From positions 19,944,480 through 20,008,479 of the forward strand of contig NC_057719.1 of the NCBI RefSeq assembly GCF_004010195.1: DNA of 64,000 nt, in the 5' to 3' direction. The notes under the pieces were generated by a model that was given only the letters and a program-made list of their open reading frames with translations, was not told the DNA's origin and ran no database searches. Made by a program: the position numbers and the translations under genes. Of this stretch, positions 11,188-22,900 are shown in pieces. Positions within the stretch are counted from its first letter, which is position 1; every line of letters starts with the position of its first letter. The DNA comes from Chiloscyllium plagiosum. Taxonomy: Eukaryota.

Positions 11188-11597
11188 TCATCTAGAATTT
11201 TCCTCTCACTCATGTAGAGGTCTTCCTCAAAATAAAAGACACACGGTTAGCTTTAATTTGTGTCATGTTCAAAATGAGTTTTCAGTTTGTGCACTATGAT
11301 TGCTGGTTTCCAGGGAGTTAGGTATTTTCTTCCAATTTAATGATATACGTTTGCCAGAAAATCAGAGAAAGCGCATGCATGTCTAAAGAGTGTTTACCTG
11401 TTTGTACTTTTCCAGCAGTGGTTGTGATAAGGTTACAGTGGGAGTTTGGGAGAACCCAGTGGAAATCGTTTGATCATTTTCTCAGGGGGTTCTTAGGGAA
11501 TGAGTCCAATCTCAGGCCAGACTTCTTTGTAATTATTCATGCTCTAACAAATAAACATCCGAGCTGTGCAGGGGCCAACTGCTAACTGGAACTCTGA

Positions 11598-11779
11598 GGT
11601 AAAAACAATGACTGCAGATGCTGGAAACCAGATTCTGGATCAATGGTGCTGGAAGAGCACAGCAGTTCAGGCAGCATCGAGGAGCTTCAGCAAAATTGAC
11701 GTTTCGGGCAAAAGCCCTTCATCAGGAATAAAGGCAGAGAGCCTGAAGTGTGGAGAGATAAGCTAGGGGAGGGTGGGGG
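11598..11779 (-). mobile_element. PLE pseudo-LTR insert with TSD
   Basis: Flanked by AACTGGAACT(C/T)TGA at 11584-11597 and 11780-11793. Confidence 0.85.
11698..11725 (-). ncRNA. Minimal type I hammerhead ribozyme motif, intact core
   Basis: The reverse complement reads CUGAUGA-A-GGGC-UUUU-GCCC-GAAAC-GUC. Confidence 0.78.
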
Positions 11780-11864
11780 AACTGGAACTTTGACACATGC
11801 CCACAAAGCACACTGTTACTTCAGCAGTTTATTTATGCAACCATTAAACTGTGCTGCAGCAGAA

Positions 11865-12203
11865 TCATACCATAGAATCCTTACAGTGTGGAAGCAGACC
11901 GTTCAGTCCATTGAGTACAGACTGACACTTGAAACAGCATCCCACCCAGACCCATCCCCCTACCCTATCCCTTTAACCTTGCATTTCCAATCGCAAATCC
12001 ATCTAGCCTACACATGCCTGGACACGTTAGACAATTTAGCGAACTGCACATCTTTGGACTGTGGGAGTAAACTGGAGGAAACCCAACTAGACACGGTGAG
12101 AATGTACAACCTCCACACAGACAGTCGCCCAAGGGGTGGAATTGAACCCAGGTCCCTGGTGCTGTGAGGCAGCAGTGCTACCCCCGAGCCACCATACTGC
12201 CCC
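11865..12203 (-). mobile_element. HE1-type tRNA-derived SINE
   Basis: Reverse-complement match to 29521-29835 (GGAATTGAACCCAGGTCCCTGGTGCTGTGAGGCAGCAGTGCTA). Confidence 0.88.
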
Positions 12204-13021
12204 TAACCTTCCTGTCTTTATATGTTCTGCCAAATAATAAAATTTTAATAATTAATAAATTATGCAAATTACAGAATGAGTGTTCGAGTATTGTGACCTG
12301 GAATAATAATAACCATTTTCTCACAGTTGCATAGACTTGCAGACATTGTAGAGACATGTTAGAGACATGTTTCACAACTGAAAATGATTAAGATTTTCAG
12401 TATTAGTTGTGATCTCCAATAAGATGGGTGCAATATTATATTATATCCACTAGAGTTTCAAAAGAGAAACAAATACTTTGTTTATTTACAACTTTAATGC
12501 AGCTTAATAACATATAATGGGAGAAAGAAGACTCCTTTCAGTATTGCTGTTATTTTATTTTCCAGATAATTTCCCGTGTTTCTCTAAAAGCACACTTATG
12601 TTTGGTACTCAGAGCCCAGCTAGGCAATCCAGGTCCTACTTTAACAACAAATATGGCACTCAATCATCTAAACACTCAATAACCATCTGAACTCTCAATG
12701 GGGAATTAATACTGATTATACTAAAATACATTTCACTAAGAATGTTTTAGCACAACAGTTAAGTGAAACAATACATTTATGAGCATAATAAAACTGGATT
12801 TATTTCAGCTTCAGGGCAATGTTCCAATCAAATTTATTGTAAAGGTAAAGTGGTTTGAGTTGGCATTTCTGTCATCAAAAATGTAATTACAAAAACAATA
12901 ATGTCAGTTATTAACACAAGTACAATAACAAAAGGAAATTGTATGTCTTAGATACAAAACATATTTGGATTTTGATACTTTATGCAAAGGCTTCAGGGAG
13001 CTTTTAACACCCCCTCTGATC

Positions 13022-13150
13022 TCCTTCTCAGTTCTGAAGAAAAGTCATACCAGATTCTAAACATTAACTCTTTTATCTGTCTACAGATATTGTCAGACCT
13101 ATTGAGTTTCCTCAACATTTATTGTGCTTGTTTCAGATTTCCAGCATCCA
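13022..13150 (+). mobile_element. Decayed PLE pseudo-LTR fragment
   Basis: TTCTGAAGAAAAGTCATACCAGATTCTAAACATT is a degenerate hammerhead, followed by a CAGATTTCCAGCATC tail. Confidence 0.55.
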
Positions 13151-13565
13151 AGGTACATTATGTCTTTATTTAAAATTTGAATATTTGATAAGTAACTTGT
13201 GCCTTTTTCAGTCAGGAATAGAATTGAATTTCTTAATTTTTCAAGTAACGTTTTCAGCACTTTCAAAGTATGCTCTGAGTTTTGCCAGTATACATATTAA
13301 ACACTGCCCTGTATGGCCAACAAGTACATGATAATATGTGAAGCCATTCATTCTTGTGGTAAACTGGGGACATTAATGGTTATATAAAGGAGGTGGATGG
13401 AAACCAAGGGAGTTTGAAACATCATCAAGGATGCAGGGATAGCACCTAAAAAAAGACAACATGAAAGATCATCCCATATTTCAGGTGGATGCCTGTAACC
13501 TCAACTCCACATTTTCACCGAACCCCAGTAACAATGCTCCCCCTTGCTTGCCAAACATCTGTCCG

Positions 13566-13782
13566 AGGAGACCGTGAGGTCTGCAGATGCTGGAAATCAG
13601 AGTTGAGAGTGTGTTGCTGGGAAAGCACAGCAAGTCAGGCAGTATCTGAGGAGCAAGGGAATCAACATTTCAGGCCGAGCCCTTCATCAGGGCTGTTGAA
13701 GGGCTCTGACCCGAAACATCAATTTTCCTGCTCCTCAGATGCTGCCTGACCTGCTGTGCTTTTCCAGCAACACACACTCAAC
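13566..13782. mobile_element. Fold-back PLE pseudo-LTR element
   Basis: Inverted arms ~13602-13690 / 13693-13782, pivoting at decayed hammerhead motifs. Confidence 0.82.
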
Positions 13783-14299
13783 AAGAATCTATCCTACTCA
13801 ACTGACAAAAATTCAGAAGACACTGAATCCCTGGTGCAATTCCTACGGTAAATCCCAATCAACGTGTCAACTTACCTTGTAATAATTTTGTATGATGGTT
13901 TCCTGATACATTCATCATGGCAACACATTGATCAATTTAAGTACACTAACCATACAATCAACACCCTGTTTCTCAGGTATTATAAATTGGCGTTTGAAAT
14001 TTTACATTCCTGTGCTTGCCTGATGAGTACAAAATGAGTTATTTAAACAGCAATGCTCAAAATTGTAACATTCGTAGAATAGATTCTCTCTTAATAGAAG
14101 AATAAATCATGGTATGTGTTCAAATACTTGGTAAAGGATTTTTGTGAGTAAAGTAGATTGCATAGAGAGCACCTCATGCTAAATATTTCTCAGAATTGTG
14201 ATTGAACTGTTTTCCCAATCCAAGCAGTTTTATCCATTGCAATTTTATTAGAATTAATCCCTGATATTGGAAATCTAAATGGTATTCGATGTAATCCAG

Positions 14300-14430
14300 G
14301 TTTGATTTGATTTGTTGTTATCACATGTACCTAAGTACAGTGAAACATTTTGTTTTGCAAGTAGTACAGGCAGATCATAACAAACAAGGACATACAGATC
14401 AAAGGGTGTTTAGACAGCGCGAGGCATATC
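14300..14430 (-). mobile_element. 3' end of a non-LTR element with (AAATC)n tail (possibly Rex1/L2-like)
   Basis: Reverse complement of the TTTCACTGTA...TACACGTGACAACAATAAATCAAATCAAATC end at 41435-41482. Confidence 0.5.
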
Positions 14431-14455
14431 ATATAACATAGCAGGAGCCCAAGCT

Positions 14456-14787
14456 GGATGGGATAAATAGACAAAGTTTTTTCCCTGGGATCGGGGAGTC
14501 CAGAACTAGAGGGCATAGGTTTAGGTTGAGAGGGGAAAGATATAAAAGAGACCTAAGGGGCAACTTTTTCATGCAGAGGGTGGTACGTGTATGGAATGAG
14601 CTGCCAGACGATGTAGTGGAGGCTGGTACAATTGCAACATTTAAGAGGCATTTGGATGGGTATATGAATAGGAAGGATATGGGCCGGGTGCTGGCAGGTG
14701 GGACTAGATTGAGTTAGGATATCTGGTCAGTGTGGACAGGTTGGACAGAAGGGTCTGTTTCCATGCTGTACATCTCTATGACTCTAT
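14456..14787 (+). mobile_element. HER1/CR1-type LINE 3' end
   Basis: RGERYKRDLRGNFFMQRVVRVWNELP; tail CTCTATGACTCTAT. Confidence 0.92.
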
Positions 14788-15553
14788 AAGTCTTTGAACC
14801 TGTTGATTTAGTCAATATGCTCTGCACCTAAATTCCATTTTTCCCTATTATTCCATCACCCTGCCATCCTCTTTGCACAGGAAATATATATTTCAGTGTT
14901 AGAAAGCCCCAACTATCCAATATCCAGAACTTGTTTCAAGAGAGCTCCAGACTTTTAAGATCTTGATACCCTCTACAACTTTGAACTCAAATATTTGGTA
15001 TGCTAGCTTTTACAAACTGTATTTCCCTGGATGGTAAATGTTCTTTTTGCATTAATTTACGTAAATTGAAATGAACAAAACAGTGATCTTTGTTTCATAG
15101 GTTTCAGGTGACATTAGAAAATGAGAGTGACAATAATCAACCAGCAGAAACCAACTTCAATGAAGCAAGAACAGATAGACAGGAGTGGAAGTTGGGAGGA
15201 AAAACAGGAGCAGAATCATGTGCTACTTTTAAAGAAGGGGGAGTTTGAGCAATTCAAAATGGAAAGTTAGGACAAACAAATGTTAACTGTATGCCAAAGG
15301 AGATAGAAATTAAGTTAGGGAAGACAAAATGTGCTTATGGTGGTGTTGGGTAGAATATGTGATTGAGAACCAAGTGTCAGAAATGAGGTGACAAAGCAAA
15401 TAAGCAAAGCAAAGAGGGATTAGGAAAAATAATTGGCAGCTAAATAAAGGAAAATACTATGTCCTTTATAATCACATCAATTGTAAATGAGTGGTAAAAG
15501 GAGTAAGGCTGATTAGAGACTAAAAAGATTTACATGTGGAGGCAAAAGGCCTA

Positions 15554-16587
15554 TCATAGAGTCATAGAATCATAGAGATGTACAGCATGGAAACAGACCC
15601 TTCGGTCCAACCCGTCCATGCCGACCAGATATCCCAACCCAATCTAGTCCCACCTGCCAGCACCCAGCCCATATCCCTCCAAACCCTTCCTATTCATATA
15701 CCCATCCAACTGCCTCTTAATTGTTGCAATTGTACCAGCCTCCACCACTTTCTCTGGCAGCTCATTCCATACAAGTACCACCCTCTGTGTGAAAAGGTTG
15801 CCCCTTAGGTCTCTTTTATATCTTTCCCCTCTCACCCTAAACCTATGCCCTCTAGTTCTGGACTCCCCGACCCCAGGGAAAAGACTTTGTCTATTTATCC
15901 TATCCATGCCCCTCATAATTTTGTAAACCTCTATAAGGTCACCCCTCAGCCTCCGACACTCCAGGGAAAACAGCCCCAGCCTGTTCAGCCTCTCCCTGTA
16001 ACTCAGATCCTCCAACCCTGGCAACATGCTTGTAAATCTTTTCTGAACCCTTTCAAGTTTCACAACATCTTTCCAATAGGAAGGAGACCAGAATTGTACG
16101 CAAAATTCCAACAGTGGCCTAACCAATGTCCTGTACAGCCACAACATGAACTCCCAACTCCTGTACTCAATACTCTGACCAATAAAGGAAAGCATACCAA
16201 ACGCCTTCTTCACTTTCCTATCTACCTGTGACTCCACTTTCAAGGTGCTATGAACCTGCACTCCAAGGTCTCTTTGTTCAGCAACCCTCCCTAGGACCTT
16301 ACCATTAAATGTATAAGTCCTGCTAAGATTTGCTTTCCCAAAATGCAGCACCTCACATTTATCTGAATTAAACTCCATCTGCCACTTCCCAGCCCATTGG
16401 CCCATTTGGTCCAGATCCTATTCTCAGTCTCACCAGTCTATAGTTCCCTGGCTTGTCTTTACTGCCCTTCTTAAACAGTGGCACCACGTTTGCCAACCTC
16501 CAGTTTTCTGGCACCTCACCTGTGACTATTGATGATACAAATATCTCAGCAAGAGGCCTAGCAATCTCTTCTCTAGCTTCCCACAGA
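15554..16587 (-). mobile_element. Young HER1/CR1-type LINE with internal deletion, nested in an older + strand CR1 remnant (~15200-16750)
   Basis: The 253-aa ORF 15644-16405 is the ORF2 C-terminus. At ~16420 the sequence jumps to the upstream PGNYRLVR region. Confidence 0.92.
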
Positions 16588-16767
16588 GATGTCTGGGATA
16601 TTAAATCGATATTTTGTATCTGCTTTTAGCTATGAACAAATGCAATTCAGGGCATTGTGGCAGAGGAAGAAACTCAGTCAATGGAAGGACTTAAAATTGA
16701 CAAAGAAGATTGATTAGACTGTTGTCACATAAATTTGTTAATACACTGAAATTGTAAAGTCATGACT

Positions 16768-16852
16768 TGTAGATGCCGGTGTTGGATTGGGGTGGACAAA
16801 GTTAAAAATCATACAACACTGGGTTATAGTCCAACAGGTTTATTTGGAAGCA
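16768..16852 (-). mobile_element. PLE family-2 terminal fragment
   Basis: GGACAAAGTTAAAAATCATACAACAC..GTTATAGTCCAACAGGTTTATTTG matches 19430-19610 and the reverse complement of 32290-32342. Confidence 0.65.
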
Positions 16853-16937
16853 ACTGTTTGAACAAGCCGTAATTGAAGTTCAGATTGCAATCTGGATCTG
16901 TTGTGTACTGATGCAGTCTTGTTTGGTCTGTGGACTA

Positions 16938-17187
16938 GAGTGAGAGGGGAAAGATATGAAAGGGATCTAAAGGGCAGCATTTTCATGCAAAGGTTGGTAC
17001 GTGTATGGAATGAGCTGCCACAGGAAGCAGTGAAGGCTGTTACAATTACAATTTAAAAAGCTTCTGGATGTGTGTATGAATAGGAAAGGTTCAGAGGGAT
17101 ATGGGCCAAGTGCTGGCAAATGGGACTAGGTTAACTTAGGATATCTAGTTGTCATGGATGAGTTTGACCAAAGGGTCTGTTTTCATG
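16938..17187 (+). mobile_element. HER1/CR1-type LINE 3' segment
   Basis: GTGAGAGGGGAAAGATATG...GGGTCTGTTTTCATG is homologous to 14525-14765. Confidence 0.88.
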
Positions 17188-18170
17188 TCCAGCAACACTC
17201 TCTAGGACCTTACCATTAAGTGTATAAGTCCTGCTAAGATTTGCTTTCCCAAAATACCTTACCTTGCACTTATCTAAATTAAACTCCATCTGCCACTCCT
17301 CAGCCCATTGACCCAGCTGATCAAGAACCCATTGTAATCTGAGGTAACCTTCTTCACTGTCCACTGCACCTCCAATTTTGGTGTCATCTGCAAACTTACT
17401 AACTATAGCTCTTATGTTCACATCCAAATCATTTATATAAATAATCAAACGTAGTGGACCCAGCACCAATCCTTGTAGCACTTGATTGGTCACAGGCCTC
17501 CAGTCTGAAAAACAACCCTCCTCCACCACCCTCTGTCTTCTACCTCTGAGCCAGTTCTGTATCCAAATGGCTAATTCTCCCTGTATTCCATGAGATCTAA
17601 CCTTGCTAACCAGTCTCCCATGTGGAACCTTGAAGAATACCTTATTGAAGTCCATATAGATCACATCCACTTCTCTGCCCTCATCAATCCTCTTTGTTAC
17701 TTGTTCAGAAAAGTCAATCAATTTTTTGAGACATGATTTCCCACTCACAAAGCCATGTTGACTATTCCTAATCAGTCCTTACCTTTCCAAATGTGTGTAA
17801 ATCCTGACCATCAGGACTCCTTCCAAAAACTTGCTCAACATCGACATCAGGCTCACTAGTCTATAGTTCCCTGGTTTGTCCTTACCACCTTTCTTAAATA
17901 GTGGTACCATGTTAGCCAACCTCCTGTCTTCCAGCACTTCTTTACCTGTGACTATTGACGATACAACTATCTCAGCAAGGGGCCCAGCAATCACTTCCGA
18001 AGCTTCCCACAGAGTTCTAGGGTACACTTGATCAGGTCCTGGGGATTTATCCACTTTTATGCATTTTCAAGACATTTAGCACTTCGTTGTCTATAATATG
18101 GACATTTTTCAAGATGTCGCCAGCTATTTTCCCACATTCTATATCTTCCATGTCCTTCTCCACAGTAAAC
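17188..18170 (-). mobile_element. HER1/CR1-type LINE RT segment
   Basis: ORF 17152-17748 has YMDFNK..KVPH, QGLVLGP, YINDLD, KFADDTK. ORF 17779-18054 has KSPGPDQVYPR and PGNYRLVSL. Confidence 0.93.
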
Positions 18171-19062
18171 ATGATTATAGATTGGAGGTATTTGGGACTG
18201 TTTTCCTTGGAGAGGAGAAGGCTCAGTGGAAATCTGATTAATACAAACAATATGCAGAGTTATGGGGAACAATCAGGAGATTCAAGCTAAATCAAAATGT
18301 TCAGAGAGCTGATGCAGATATTTTGCACTTTAATTAAGCTGTGATACATTGAAATCAAAATGCAAAAATGCCTTACCTGTTTTATTTAGTGTCAATAAGT
18401 TCAGTATATGTTGTTAAATGTAATGCTAGCTGATTGCAAGAGCTGTCACCAAACATAGGGTTGATTCATTCTTTAAGCATACTAATTAGATACAATTGTC
18501 TGATCAGAACAGTAAATTGAAATGGGAGTACAAATCATGAATATTATTAGTATTTTGGACCTACTTATCACTCCATGAGATATGTGGTAAATGTCAACAT
18601 TTCAAAATAGAAAACTGTTCCGTAGCAATTAATTGTCAGTTAATGCCCAATAATGTTACCTGATTAAGTAAAAAGTCTGCTCTAAGAGATTCAACTCATT
18701 AAAGCATTTTTCAAAAGATTCAATTTTAGTGAACAACACAACTCTGTTTCACATCTTATCCAAAATGTTGATGATATTTTGAGACTATTTTAACATATTA
18801 ATTTCATTTATTTGTACTCAATCCTGGACAGATCTGTCACACAACTAACATCGTCTACAATTCCATAAAATTTGTTGAGGTTTGCTATACAAAAAAATCT
18901 TGAAGTGTTTTACAATTCTGTGGATCTGATATTAAGCAAACTAACATTTATTTAGCAATATTTTCACAAAAAAAAATCAGTTCAAGTGCTAAGTCTCATT
19001 GTACATGATCATTTGCAGATGTGCTACTGAACTACTGGTTGTACACTTGACTCTGAATCACA

Positions 19063-19157
19063 CGTGGAGAGTGTGGTGCTGGAAAAGCACAGCCGGTCAG
19101 GCAGCATTTGAGGAGCAGGAGAATCGATGTTTTGGGCATAAGCCCTTCATCAGGAAA
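19063..19157 (-). mobile_element. ~95-bp hammerhead-first PLE mini-insert with 10-bp TSD
   Basis: CTGAATCACA at 19053-19062 and 19158-19167. The insert ends in GCCCTTCATCAGGAAA. Confidence 0.82.
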
Positions 19158-19471
19158 CTGAATCACATCCTATGGACTGAGTCCGCACCACACATGAAAT
19201 TTAGTTGTGAAGGTGTGTGATTTGTCACAGGTAACATCCTTCTGAAGAGATGTTAAACTAAGGTCCTGTTTGATTATTTAAGTAGGATTTTGTATATTTA
19301 AAGTGAAGGTGATAAACAGAATGTTAAGGATAAGGATATTCATGAAGTGTGTTAGATTAAGGAGAGTTGTATTTTATGTATTTTAATTACTTTAATTTCA
19401 AATAAATCCAATTTCTCAAATCTTGATGTGGAGGTGCTGGTGTTAGACTAGAGTGGACAAAGTCAGAAATC

Positions 19472-19499
19472 CTGATGAAGGGCTTTTGCCCGAAACGTC
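19472..19499 (+). ncRNA. Minimal type I hammerhead ribozyme motif, intact core
   Basis: CUGAUGA-A-GGGC-UUUU-GCCC-GAAAC-GUC. Confidence 0.78.
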
Positions 19500-19557
19500 A
19501 ATTTCGAAGCTCCTGGGATGCTGCCTGAATTGCTGTGCTCTTCCAGCACCACTGATC
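19472..19557 (+). mobile_element. Nested hammerhead-first PLE mini-insert with 14-bp TSD
   Basis: CAAAGTCAGAAATC at 19458-19471 and 19558-19571. Confidence 0.88.
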
Positions 19558-19989
19558 CAAAGTCAGAAATCACACAACATCATGTTATAGTCCAACTGGT
19601 TTATTTAAAATTGCACGCTTTTGGAGCGCTGCCCCTTTGTCAGGAGGAAAAGGTAGTGCTCTGAAAGCTTGAGATTTCAAATAAACCTGTTGGAGTATAA
19701 CCTGGTCTCATGTTACTTCTGACTTTTTCAGGAAAGAGTGTCCCAGTCAGCATCACAGAAGCAGTCTGGGAAAAGAGTCCCAGCAGTCAGGTCACATTGA
19801 AAAGAGTAACATCACAGTCTATAAGATCAGTGCTCTACTGCTGTTAGGGACTATCTATAAAGTGCTACAAATTACAGAAGTGTACAATTAAGCACCAGAA
19901 ATAAATGAGAGTCAGCAGCAATATCATGAAATAATATATGTAAACCAAAGTGAGGCAATTGGAGGAGAGTAAAGTTAACATAAGGGAAA

Positions 19990-22900
19990 TAAGTTTAAGA
20001 TATAATGAGGGATGGGTGGTTCAGTCCTGTGTGTTGCATGACCAGCAGTATTTGGGAAATCTTGGAGAATCCTGGCAGCCCACATGCCCACATCAGCAGG
20101 AAGTTCCACTTGTTTGACCAGATTAAGCCCCAGGTTTTGGAGCTTGAGTGACAGCTGGAGGAACAGCAGTGTCTCCGTGACACTGAGAGTTACGGGATAG
20201 CAGATTTTGAGACTTGGTCACCCCACAGTGGAGTCGGAGAGGCAATGGGTGACCATCAATCAGATAAAAGTGTGGCAGGCAGGTAGTCAGGAAAGCCCCA
20301 CAGCACATCTCAGTCAAGAACAGATTTCCTGTTTTGGTATATAGTGCGAGTGACAGTTCCTCTGGGGTGTATAGCCAGAGCCTAGCTGCATAGGAGAGGG
20401 CTGAAAGAGACGGAGAACAAAGGTGGTAGGAAATTCGACTGTGAGGGATATAGACAGGCATTTCTGCGGCCACAGACTCCAGGATGGTGTATTGCCTGCC
20501 TGGAGCCAGGGTCAAGGATTTCACTGAAAGGCTGCAGGGAATTCTGAAGGAGCAGGACAAACAGTCAGCAATCAAGGTACAAATTGGGACCAAAAGCTCT
20601 CCAGATTACTCCCGATGCCATGTGTTGTCAGTATAGGAATAGACAGATAAAACAAATGAGCAGGTGACTGAAAAGTTGGGACACAAGGGTTCTGTATCAC
20701 TGAGATCATTTCTGGGGAGGTGCCACCTATACATGGCTGACAGTACACCTGAACCAGAACAGGACTAACATCTTGAAGGGAAGGTTTGTTAATGTGGTTG
20801 GTGGGGGTTTAAATTAATTCAGTAGGGATATGGAATGTGGATTGGAGGTAATGTAGGGAGTGACGCACAGACAACTATAGAAGAAGAACCAGGTCAGGTT
20901 AGCAGGCAGTGCAAATATAGTCAAGTTAAGATGCAAAAGAGTATGGTAAAGCAGGATGACATTTATTTTAATGCCAGGAATCTTATAAGTCAGATGAGTT
21001 GAGGATGTTGATTAATGCTTGGTGATGTGATATCATTGCTAATACAGAGAGATAGTTGTGGAAGAAACAGTACTGTCAGCTTAATATTCCAGGGTATAAA
21101 ATCTTTGGGTGAGATGAGGGGTTGGGGGAGGTGGTGTTGCAGTATTAATCAAGGAGAAAATTATTGTTGTAATGAGGAATGTTATCCTAAATAAAATAAA
21201 GAACTGTGGATGCTGAAGATCTGAAAGCAGAAAAAAACAGACATTGCTGTAGAAATTGCTGAACGTTTTAAGTCCAGTGCCCCTTCTTCAGAATGCAAAT
21301 TAGATTTGACATGAAATGTTAACACTGTTTCTCTCCATACAGATGCTGTCTAACCTAATGAACCTCTCCAGTAATTTCTATTTTTGGGATGTTATCTTAG
21401 ATGGTTTATCAAATGAGGTGTATGAGCAGAACATTAAAACAGAAAGGAGGCAATCACTTTTCTGGGGTTGTATTAGAGACCTACAAACAGTCAAGGAGAA
21501 AAGATAGACAGACGTGTAGACAAATATCAGAGAAGTATAAAAATAATTGGTAATACTAGTAAGGGATTTCAACTTCCCCAATATTAATTGGGATAGACAA
21601 AATGTGAAAAGCCTAGAGGATGCAGAATTCTTAAAATCAATCCAACAGAACCTTTAAAACCATCATGTCGAAAGTTCTACAAGACAGGTGCTGGACCTAA
21701 TTGTAGGGAACAAAATGGGGTAAGTGATAGATGTGGCAGTGGGGAAACATTTCTGTAAAACTGCCAAACATCAGCAAGATTTTAGGTAATTATGGCTAAA
21801 GACAAAGATAGGCTGGAAATAAAGACCCTGAATCAGCAGATGTCTGATTTTAATCAGATGTAAGAGGATCTGGACAAAGTGGACTGAAAGCAGCTGTTGC
21901 TGCAAACTCTGCTTCAGAGCACTGAAGGTCTTTCTAAAGGATCATAGCGAAGACCCAGGCCAACATCTTCCATAAAGATGAAAGGTGGGACCAATAAATG
22001 CAGAGAATATTGAATGTCACTGGACATACAGGATGGGGTAAGAATAACAAAGGGAGCTTAAGGTAGATATTAAAGGCTCAAAACCGTAGAGGAGTATAGA
22101 AAATTCAGGAGGTGCTTTAGAAGAGAAATTAAGAGAGCAAAGACGTGACATGAAAAAAAACTGCAAGGTAAAATTAAGCAAAATCCAAAGGCATTGTATA
22201 AGTATATTTGGGAGAAGAGAATGATCAGGGAGAGAATAAGCCCAATTAGCAACCAGAAGTGGCAATTTGTGTGTGGAGCCTGGAGACATTGGTGTGGTTT
22301 TAAAGGAGTACTTTGTATCTGCATTCTCAATAGAGAAGGTTAATGCTGATGTGGAAATCAGGGAGGAAAATGTGATATACTTGAACAAATTAGCATCAAG
22401 AAGAAAGTGGTATTAATGGTTTTAGCAGGATTGAAACAGGATAAATCCCCACATCAAATGTATCAAATGCTGCTGAGGGTGGCAAGGGCGGCGATTGCAG
22501 GAGCTCTGAAATGAATTTTCAAATCCTCTCTGGCCACAGGAAGGGTGTCTGAGGACTAGATGACAGATAATGTGGTTCCATTGTTCAAACTGTATGGTAG
22601 GTATAAACCAGGAAACTATAAGCCGGTTACTGTAAAATTGGTAGTGGGAAAAATATTGGAAAAAGTTCTGAGGGATAGAATTAATTGCCACTTGGAGAGA
22701 CAAGGATTCATCAAGGATAGTCAGCACAGCTTTGTAAGTGGGATATTATGTCTAACAACTTGAATTTTTTTGAGGAGCTGTCTAGGTGTGTAGGTTATAG
22801 TAATACAGTTATCATGATCTACATGGACTTTGGTAAAACTTTTAACAATGTTTCACATGATGGAAAGGCTAAGAAGCTAAGTGCCTGTGAATCCAAGGTA

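Larger units (their letters stand above)
19425..19728. mobile_element. Fold-back PLE family-2 element, interrupted by a nested insert
   Basis: Inverted arms GTTATAGTCCAACTGGTTTATTT / AAATAAACCTGTTGGAGTATAAC around decayed hammerhead-like motifs at 19616-19670. Confidence 0.7.

Noticed and set aside
15644..16405. 253-aa ORF as a host gene (likewise 37094-37858, 17152-17748)
   Set aside because: These are truncated CR1/HER1 ORF2 fragments.
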